53,326 nucleotides of DNA, taken from the IMG/VR virus record IMGVR_UViG_3300031800_000537, positions 1-53,326 of that record. The stretch is one strand, 5' to 3'. Of this stretch, positions 46,642 through 53,326 are shown one piece after another (position 1 is the first letter of the stretch; each line of letters starts with the position of its first letter). Origin of the DNA: a virus (lineage: Duplodnaviria; Caudoviricetes). A model generated the notes under the pieces. The model was not told the origin of the DNA. It ran no database searches and worked only from the letters and a program-made list of their open reading frames with translations. The position numbers and the translations under genes were made by a program.

Positions 46642-47561
46642 AAGCATTAGTAACTGGAGGAGCGGGATTTATAGGAAGCAACCTTGTCGATTATTTGGTC
46701 TCAAAGGGGCACGATGTAATTGTCCTTGACGACGAATCAGCAGAATCCAATGAGGAATTCTTCTGGAGAGACGGCGCGAAAAGAGTCTCCCTAGATATCT
46801 GTGACGCCGACGGGCTGGACGAACTCTTTTCCAGAGAGAAAGAGATACATGGCCAAGCAATAGACTGGGTTTTCCACCTTGCTGCCGAATCCAGAATCCA
46901 ACCTACGCTTGAGCGCCCACAAAGAGCCTGTGAGGTCAACTTCGTCGGAACCTGCAATGTTCTCCAAGCAGCCAGACTTCATGGTACAAAACGAGTAGTC
47001 TATTCATCAACCTCCGCGGGCTATGGGTTGAAAAACGAACCCCCGCTAGTGGAGACGATGAGTAGGGAATGCCTCAACCCGTACTCTGTAACCAAAGTGG
47101 CGGCAGAAGACTTGTGCAAAATGTACCATTCTCTGTGGGGGCTCGAAACAGTTATCCTGAGATACTTTAATGTCTACGGTGAGCGCCAACCCATTGCGGG
47201 TCAATACGCTCCAGTCATTGGTATATTTCTTAGACAAAAAGCCGCCGGTGAAACAATGACTATTGTCGGCGACGGCGAGCAAAGAAGAGACTTCACTCAC
47301 GTTAAGGACGTTGTTTCTGCAAACTATCTATCAGCAACCACAACCGACGAGAAAGCCCTTGGCGAAGTGTTCAACGTAGGGACGGGCACCAATCACAGTG
47401 TCCTCGAGGTTTCTGAACTAATCGGCGGTGATCATTCCTTTATACCAAAAAGACCCGGGGAGGCGGACACCACCCTAGCAGACATAAGCAAGATAAGAAA
47501 CATCCTAGGCTGGGAGCCCACAGTAAAGCTCGAAGACTGGATAAAAGAAAACAATGTATAG
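46638..47561 (+). CDS. NAD-dependent NDP-sugar epimerase (extended SDR)
   Basis: TGGAGFIG, FHLAA, YSVTK, LRYFNVYG, RDF. Confidence 0.92.
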   Translation: MKALVTGGAGFIGSNLVDYLVSKGHDVIVLDDESAESNEEFFWRDGAKRVSLDICDADGLDELFSREKEIHGQAIDWVFHLAAESRIQPTLERPQRACEVNFVGTCNVLQAARLHGTKRVVYSSTSAGYGLKNEPPLVETMSRECLNPYSVTKVAAEDLCKMYHSLWGLETVILRYFNVYGERQPIAGQYAPVIGIFLRQKAAGETMTIVGDGEQRRDFTHVKDVVSANYLSATTTDEKALGEVFNVGTGTNHSVLEVSELIGGDHSFIPKRPGEADTTLADISKIRNILGWEPTVKLEDWIKENNV

Positions 47562-48531
47562 TGATTACATAACACCAGAAGTTGGCGTAAATAAAATCTT
47601 CATAGCTGGCCATCAAGGTATGGTTGGCTCAGCGATTGCCAAAAAACTAGGAGAAGGGTATATCCATGCTAAAAAACGAGTCCTTGATCTGCAAAGACAA
47701 GATAAAGTAGAGAGCTTCTTTGCTGAATATCGCCCAGAAATCGTTATCTTAGCGGCGGCGAAGGTTGGCGGAATTCACGCCAACAACGCGTACAGAGCAG
47801 AATTTATTTATAATAATTTACAAATCCAAAACAACATAATCCACTCCTCTTGGTTATTCGGAGTCAAAAAATTAATATTCCTAGGCAGTTCCTGTATCTA
47901 CCCCAAGTTTGCAGAACAGCCCATTAAGGAAGAGTACCTACTCTCATCGCCGCTGGAATACACAAACGAGCCATACTCTGTAGCTAAGATTGCTGGAATT
48001 AAAATGTGTGAAAGCTACCACAAGCAATACGGTTGTAACTTTATTGCCGTAATGCCATGTAACCTGTACGGACCCAACGATAATTTCCACAATGAAGACT
48101 CTCATGTTCTCCCCGCATTAATTAGGAGATTTCACGAAGCCAAACAGAACAATGAGCCTCATGTTGAGGTCTGGGGCACGGGGAAAGCCCAGAGAGAATT
48201 CATGCACGTCGACGACTTAGCTGATGCCGTTGTCTTTACCCTCCGAAAGATAGACGCAGAGCACATTTACAGCCAAAACATTTCTCATTTAAACATAGGC
48301 ACGGGCCAAGAAATATCCATAGCCGAACTCGCGAAGAAAATCGCACATACAGTTGGTTACGAAGGAGAAATAAGACACCAGCTTGATAAACCCGACGGGA
48401 CATTACGCAAACTGCTAGATGTCACCAGACTCCATAACTTTGGGTGGAAACACAAGATAGAGCTAGAAAATGGACTTAGCGATACCTACGGTTGGTATGG
48501 CGAACAGGACGCGGCAAATTTGAGGCTATGA
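47554..48531 (+). CDS. fcl: GDP-L-fucose synthase
   Basis: AGHQGMVG, AAKVGGI, LGSSCIYPK, YSVAK, PCNLYG, SHVLPAL. Confidence 0.93.
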   Translation: MYSDYITPEVGVNKIFIAGHQGMVGSAIAKKLGEGYIHAKKRVLDLQRQDKVESFFAEYRPEIVILAAAKVGGIHANNAYRAEFIYNNLQIQNNIIHSSWLFGVKKLIFLGSSCIYPKFAEQPIKEEYLLSSPLEYTNEPYSVAKIAGIKMCESYHKQYGCNFIAVMPCNLYGPNDNFHNEDSHVLPALIRRFHEAKQNNEPHVEVWGTGKAQREFMHVDDLADAVVFTLRKIDAEHIYSQNISHLNIGTGQEISIAELAKKIAHTVGYEGEIRHQLDKPDGTLRKLLDVTRLHNFGWKHKIELENGLSDTYGWYGEQDAANLRL

Positions 48532-50078
48532 ACTATCATTTTATGCAATTCGAAGGTAGAAATTACATTGACGGTGAATGGAAAGCTACCCCAAGCATGT
48601 ACTCCAAGATTAATCCGTCCACCGGAAAGCCTCAAGGAGAGTTTCCGCTAAGCGGTCCAAGTGACGTTAGCGAGGCCGTACTATCTGCTCGAAAAGCGTT
48701 CAAGAACTGGAGAAAAGTGAGTCGCTTTGTTCGTTCAGACTACATGAACAAGGTCGCCCAGCTTATTGAAAGAGATAGGGAGAAGTTGGCTACGGTTATT
48801 TCCTTAGAAACAGGTAAGAACTATAACGAGTCCATAGCAGAAGTTAATGAAGCTTTACACATGGCTCAGTTTGCCTTCGGGTCAGGGCGTTATTCTCACG
48901 GTGAGGTTGTTTCCTCTGAAATCTCAGACAAAGACGCTTACATGATACGTAAGCCGAAAGGTGTAATAGCAATTATAACCCCATTTAATTTCCCCTTGGC
49001 GATTGGAATGTTCTGGAACGCCGCCCCCGCCCTTGTAGAAGGAAATACAATAGTAATTAAACCAAGCGAAGATGCTCCAATGTCTACCCAAATGGCTGTC
49101 GAGATTTACGAGGAAGCTGGCATTCCACGTGGAGTCATTAATTTGGTGCACGGCCACGGTGATACTGGCAGCCTTTTGGCTCACGCTGATATCGATCATA
49201 TTTGCTTCACTGGTTCTGCGGAAGTTGGCCAAGATATTCGAATGGTAGCAGCGGAAAGCTGGCATAAGACCACCTCTTGTGAGATGGGTAGCAAATCAGC
49301 CTGTATTATTTTTGATGATGTAGAAATGGATTTAGCCGTTGAAGCCGCCGTTGCAAGCGCATTTAAGCTATCAGGTCAACGATGCGTCTCCTCTGGCCGC
49401 ATGATAGTACAAAGGACTATGTCGGATGAGTTTGCCAGACGCTTTGCCGAAGAGGCTTCTAAATTAAGAACAGGTAATCCATTTAAAAAAGTTTTCTCAT
49501 CAAGCGGAGACCCGGGATGCGTAGGATGGGAAGACTATGTTCCCGACGAAAGCGTTTATTATGGTCCGATCATTAATAAGCAAGGGTTTGAAAAAATAAA
49601 AAAATATAACGACATGGTCTTGAATGATCCGCTGGCAGAAGTTCTGTTAGACCCTGTTTATGAGGACATAAATGATAGAGCTTTCTTTTCTAGCCCGATG
49701 GTCTACAAGGTCGAATGGCGCGGCGTAGACGCCCCCTACCTCAGGAACGAAGTCTTTGGTCCTCACGTTGCAATTGTTCCTTTTGATACTTTAGAAGATG
49801 CAATTCATATTTATAATGATACTGATTACGGTCTTGCGCTAGGCGTGCTTACTAATGATTTCCGCAAAGCACGAGTCTTGCGAGACGAATGCGACGCAGG
49901 GATGATTTATTGGAACGGTGGTTCTATCGCCGCCGAGTCACACCTCGCCTTTGGCGGCGTTAAAAAGTCAGGCAACGGTTTTCCAAGCGCAGCCAGAACA
50001 TTTAGAGCGGTTACCCATGAGATCAGCTGGACGGTTAACCATGCAGACAGATTAACTTTCCCACAAGGAATGAAATAA
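48528..50078 (+). CDS. aldehyde dehydrogenase
   Basis: PFNFP, FTGS, EMGSK, GQRC, EVFGP, FGGVKKSG. Confidence 0.93.
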   Translation: MNYHFMQFEGRNYIDGEWKATPSMYSKINPSTGKPQGEFPLSGPSDVSEAVLSARKAFKNWRKVSRFVRSDYMNKVAQLIERDREKLATVISLETGKNYNESIAEVNEALHMAQFAFGSGRYSHGEVVSSEISDKDAYMIRKPKGVIAIITPFNFPLAIGMFWNAAPALVEGNTIVIKPSEDAPMSTQMAVEIYEEAGIPRGVINLVHGHGDTGSLLAHADIDHICFTGSAEVGQDIRMVAAESWHKTTSCEMGSKSACIIFDDVEMDLAVEAAVASAFKLSGQRCVSSGRMIVQRTMSDEFARRFAEEASKLRTGNPFKKVFSSSGDPGCVGWEDYVPDESVYYGPIINKQGFEKIKKYNDMVLNDPLAEVLLDPVYEDINDRAFFSSPMVYKVEWRGVDAPYLRNEVFGPHVAIVPFDTLEDAIHIYNDTDYGLALGVLTNDFRKARVLRDECDAGMIYWNGGSIAAESHLAFGGVKKSGNGFPSAARTFRAVTHEISWTVNHADRLTFPQGMK

Positions 50079-50497
50079 TGATGAGTGAACACCCAGAAGC
50101 AGCCATGTATAATGAACTAGCAAAAAATATGGAATTCCACGAGTCCAGCAGGTTGGCATCTAAAGGAGAAAAGAGAGTTGCATTGATTGACATTGACGAA
50201 ACAATTTGCTTTTACTCAGGTAAACGTAGGTACGACTTAGCGGAACCCGACAGCGAAGGCATTGCAAAGATAAATAAACTATACGATGACGGCTGGCACA
50301 TTGTTTATTGGACCGCCAGAGGGGGTTCTGAAAAATCTAAAGCATCAGGGAAGTGTTATTATGATTTTACTTGGAAACAACTAGAATCTTGGGGGTGCAA
50401 GTTCCACGATTTATCCACGGGCACAAAGGGGGAACACATAAAGCCCCCTTATGATTTAATCGTTGACGACAAAGCGAAAAGGATTGAAGAATTATAA
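50078..50497 (+). CDS. small HAD-superfamily phosphatase
   Basis: DIDETI, WTARG, KP...DDK. Confidence 0.8.
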   Translation: MMSEHPEAAMYNELAKNMEFHESSRLASKGEKRVALIDIDETICFYSGKRRYDLAEPDSEGIAKINKLYDDGWHIVYWTARGGSEKSKASGKCYYDFTWKQLESWGCKFHDLSTGTKGEHIKPPYDLIVDDKAKRIEEL

Positions 50498-50498
50498 A

Positions 50499-50969
50499 AT
50501 GAATACTTTTACGAAATGGTTTTTGCTCAATTCTGTTGTGGTTACAGCCTCTTTCTTTGCTGAGACAAAAGGAGCACTCTCTACGATGATCAAGAATGAC
50601 GTTAGTTATTTAACTGTTGTAATCATGGTATTGTATGTCATTTTTACGGCATTCGTTGGCAAGCTATGTTACTTAGCGGACAAAGTAGACTCAAAAAAGG
50701 TTAAGAGTGAGACAGCCAAGCTTTCCAGACAAGCAGAGGTGGGTTGGTTCGTAGCGGAACACTTCTTTTCGCTTGGCCTGTTAGGTACCGTTTTTGGCTT
50801 GTGCGTGGCTACGTCTGGCAACCTTGACGAAACCGCGCAAGTAAGCTCCATTGTAGCAGGCCTGAAGATTGGACTGAACACTGCGTTCTACACTACTATC
50901 TGCGGTATTGTCTTTAGCCTGCCCCTACAAGCCCAACTAATGATTTTGAGATATAAATTAGAGGAATGA
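50499..50969 (+). CDS. MotA/TolQ/ExbB proton-channel family protein
   Basis: LGLLGTVFG and GLNTAFYTTICG helices. Confidence 0.8.
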   Translation: MNTFTKWFLLNSVVVTASFFAETKGALSTMIKNDVSYLTVVIMVLYVIFTAFVGKLCYLADKVDSKKVKSETAKLSRQAEVGWFVAEHFFSLGLLGTVFGLCVATSGNLDETAQVSSIVAGLKIGLNTAFYTTICGIVFSLPLQAQLMILRYKLEE

Positions 50970-51574
50970 TTAACAAAGGGTACAAAAAATTCTTTTCATT
51001 CAGACCGTTTATTGACGTGCTGTTCTGTTGCCTGTTGATGCTTGTGGCCATCTTGTTCCTTCTCAAGAGCGAAGAAGAGCAAACGAAAGTACGCCCACCC
51101 AACGTACTGTATGAGGTTATTCTAACATGGGACGGGGACAGCGAAGATGATCTAGACCTGTATGTTAGATCCGCATCAGGACACACCGTAGCGTTCAACA
51201 ACAGAGAAGGCGGTCAGGGCAGCCTAATTAGCCTAGACCATGATGCACTGGGCAGGCGCAGCAACAATAGCCTAGCGCAAGGAGTAGAGGGCAAGGTGGT
51301 CGCCTTCAACGAAGAGATAGTATCATTCAGAGGGGTAACAGAGGGAGAGAATATAGTCACGGTGCATGTATACGCCAAGAGAGACGACAAACCCACCAAG
51401 GGCACAATTAAACTGATAAAGGTTAAGCCATTCAAAGAGGTGATCGTTAAAGAGAGGGAGTTCACAACGACGGGGGAAGAAAAAATAGCTTTTAGATTCA
51501 AAACAGACAAGGACGGAAACATACTTGACGTGAACGAACTAGAGGCAAACCTAAGAGACCCATTGCCTCAATGA
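50966..51574 (+). CDS. ExbD/TolR-like TM anchor fused to a YfaP/DUF2135-like domain
   Basis: PFIDVLF TM with Asp; LTW...DLDLYV...LDHD...EIV. Confidence 0.6.
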   Translation: MINKGYKKFFSFRPFIDVLFCCLLMLVAILFLLKSEEEQTKVRPPNVLYEVILTWDGDSEDDLDLYVRSASGHTVAFNNREGGQGSLISLDHDALGRRSNNSLAQGVEGKVVAFNEEIVSFRGVTEGENIVTVHVYAKRDDKPTKGTIKLIKVKPFKEVIVKEREFTTTGEEKIAFRFKTDKDGNILDVNELEANLRDPLPQ

Positions 51575-52125
51575 GATTAGACCATATAGCATATAGAGTA
51601 AAAGACAGGGCCAAAAGCGCCGACTTCTTTAAAGAAGCCTTTGGTTATAAGATTGGCACAGAATTTCAAATAGAATTTGATGACGGGTCTAAGGCTGACT
51701 GTCTAGCTCTAGTACCACCAGAAACAAGAAACACAGACACTAGCCTTTGGACCTATTATTCTTTGCAGGCTGCCCCTTATGGTGAGCCCATCAAGTCTGA
51801 GTACCATGCTCCACCAGAAATTTTTATTAGTGACGGAACAGAAGGCTCGATTGTAGGCGATTGGGTGGCGGAAAGAGGTGGTGTAGGAGGCATCCATCAT
51901 ATGGCCTATCAAGTAGACAGCGTGGAAGCTGTTATGAATGAGTGGAAAGACAAGGGATACGCTGAATTTTACACCGAAGAGCCCATTACCTGCAAAGACC
52001 CAAATCTTACCCAAGTATTTACAAAACCATCGAAGCTAACAGGGGTAATATACGAATTCATTAATAGAGAAGGCGCAGGATTCTGCAAAGACAGCGTTAA
52101 ACAATTAATGGAAAGCACAAAATGA
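51571..52125 (+). CDS. VOC-family protein resembling the HPPD catalytic domain
   Basis: LDH, GGIHHMAY, LTQVFTKP, YEFINR, GF. Confidence 0.75.
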   Translation: MRLDHIAYRVKDRAKSADFFKEAFGYKIGTEFQIEFDDGSKADCLALVPPETRNTDTSLWTYYSLQAAPYGEPIKSEYHAPPEIFISDGTEGSIVGDWVAERGGVGGIHHMAYQVDSVEAVMNEWKDKGYAEFYTEEPITCKDPNLTQVFTKPSKLTGVIYEFINREGAGFCKDSVKQLMESTK

Positions 52126-52655
52126 TCTACGTTCTCTACGGTCAACCGGGCTCGGGCAAAACTACCTTGGGTAGACTGCTCGCCGAGCACCTCGACACGC
52201 CATTCATCATTGATGGCGACGAGTTTAGAGAAATGTTTACAAATAAAAATTACGGCAGAGAAGGGCGTGAAGAAAATATCAAAAACGCAAACGCCGTAGC
52301 AACTTATCTAAATAAAAAAGGCAAAGATGGCAACTGGAAAGCTGTTTATATTAACGACGGAGAAAATAGCTGGAAAAGTCACCCCATAAATAAAGAAACT
52401 CATGTGGTTATGTGCTTGGTAAACCCTTACGAGCATTTGCGAGAAGAGTTAACGCAAAATAATTTCTGGGGATCGGCGCATGATGATGGTTGGGTTCGTA
52501 ACCAAGTAGTCAAAATATTATTAGAATCAAATAGGGAGCTCAGAAAAGAACACCACGTAGAAGATTTCGAGGAGGGCAATCCAATCTATATAATAAATAC
52601 AGACAGAGACGTGGAGGACAGTTGGCAAGAGTTAAAACATCAATTAGAATTATAA
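52122..52655 (+). CDS. adenylyl-sulfate kinase-like P-loop kinase
   Basis: GQPGSGKTT, IDGDEFR, GREENI, NPY; CysC-like but divergent. Confidence 0.7.
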   Translation: MIYVLYGQPGSGKTTLGRLLAEHLDTPFIIDGDEFREMFTNKNYGREGREENIKNANAVATYLNKKGKDGNWKAVYINDGENSWKSHPINKETHVVMCLVNPYEHLREELTQNNFWGSAHDDGWVRNQVVKILLESNRELRKEHHVEDFEEGNPIYIINTDRDVEDSWQELKHQLEL

Positions 52656-52660
52656 GTAAA

Positions 52661-52936
52661 ATGGCTGATAAACAAAAATTCATTCAATGTGATTGTTGGG
52701 GCGAAGGTATGCTCGTTACCAAGTTTGACGACGAAGAAGAAATGTACTTTAGCTACTGGCGTCAGGGTATCAATCCCATCAAATTACCTTGGCTGGTGCG
52801 ACTGAAACTGTGCTGGATGGTGCTGACGAAAGGCAATGTCTACGATGACCAAGTCGTTCTAAATAAAGAAAAAGCTATGGAGCTTGCGTTATGGATTCAA
52901 GACGAACATGATAGCTCCGGTAGCTCAACGGGTTAG
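52661..52936 (+). CDS. hypothetical protein
   Basis: 91 aa from ATG 52661; stop codon lies inside the tRNA. Confidence 0.6.
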   Translation: MADKQKFIQCDCWGEGMLVTKFDDEEEMYFSYWRQGINPIKLPWLVRLKLCWMVLTKGNVYDDQVVLNKEKAMELALWIQDEHDSSGSSTG

Positions 52937-52990
52937 AGCACACGCCTTATAAGCGTGAGGTTGTGGGTTCGAGGCCCACTCGGAGTACCA
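52914..52990 (+). tRNA. tRNA-Ile(UAU)
   Basis: GCTCCGG TA GCTC...GAGC A CACGC-CT-TAT-AA-GCGTG...GTGGG TTCGAGG CCCAC TCGGAGT ACCA. Confidence 0.93.
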
Positions 52991-52998
52991 CTTTAGGC

Positions 52999-53028
52999 TT
53001 GACGTGTCCTCAGGAATCATGCTATCAT
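52999..53028 (+). promoter_or_regulatory. sigma70-like promoter
   Basis: TTGACG-N18-TATCAT with TGn extension, 6 nt before the ATG. Confidence 0.6.
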
Positions 53029-53034
53029 AGGTGT

Positions 53035-53326
53035 ATGAGAATAACAATTGAACCAACCGAAGACCAGTCTGGCAGAAGCGCGGACACCATGCACTCGAAG
53101 GTAAGCATAAGCATTGCCAGCGACGATTTGGATATTGGCGAGGCGATGGAACAAGTAGTGAAAGCCCTGCAAGCGTGGGGATTTCACAACGAGAGCATCG
53201 CGAAAGAGCTCGATTATGAACTCGCGCATGAGCTTGGGCTGAAGAAGGAGCCCCCCGAAGAAACCGTTATGGTTATGAGAGAGGCTGTGGAGCGAGCCAG
53301 TGACGCAATGAAAAATGATGAAAACT
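53035..53326 (+). CDS. hypothetical protein, truncated by window end
   Basis: Open frame MRITIEPTEDQSG... to the end of the window. Confidence 0.65.
   Translation, partial: MRITIEPTEDQSGRSADTMHSKVSISIASDDLDIGEAMEQVVKALQAWGFHNESIAKELDYELAHELGLKKEPPEETVMVMREAVERASDAMKNDEN

Noticed and set aside
50499-51574. Zorya defence system or flagellar stator
   Set aside because: No long ZorA tail, no OmpA-like peptidoglycan-binding domain, and no zorC/D/E or flagellar genes.
3161-51974. Other GTGTAA/TTACAC occurrences (about 3161, 13388, 19156, 30812, 48961, 51969)
   Set aside because: They lie within coding sequence with no start codon 8 nt downstream and are treated as chance; 13388 is ambiguous (ATG 23 nt away).
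1-53326. CRISPR array, cas genes, transposase or integrase
   Set aside because: No regularly spaced repeats and no recognisable motifs seen.
1-53326. Stop-codon reassignment
   Set aside because: Long conserved genes are intact in code 11, and TAA, TAG and TGA all end genes at tight junctions.

Overview
Gene-dense window that reads as part of a large (jumbo/huge) dsDNA bacteriophage genome. No virion structural genes fall in it, so this is inferred from the gene mix: many short orphan ORFs, two sigma factors, RNR, a dNMP kinase, dCMP deaminase, a lone bS21 and four tRNAs. bS21 and NrdAB look PVC-superphylum-like (Verrucomicrobia/Chlamydiae), which hints at the host. Genes run on the minus strand to about 20.0 kb and almost entirely on the plus strand afterwards. 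The left arm carries small hypothetical genes, nucleotide and repair enzymes, and host-like auxiliary genes (PMM, LepB, trypsin-like protease, UGD, ACP plus AcpS). The right arm carries a promoter-led, hairpin-dense non-coding region of about 400 nt, sigma-70, nrdAB and an ErpA/IscA protein. It continues with an 18.5 kb glycan cluster (glycosyltransferases, heptose, fucose and C-methyl-sugar enzymes), then ALDH, an ExbB/ExbD-like pair, a stand-alone HPPD-type domain and tRNA-Ile(UAU). Best leads are: the structured non-coding region; a class Ic-type NrdB lacking the radical tyrosine; a GTGTAA-N8-start motif and near-leaderless promoters; an oriented TATATCGTCCAC motif; the ACP/AcpS pair; and the ExbBD-like motor. 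All calls come from motif reading; no database searches were run.
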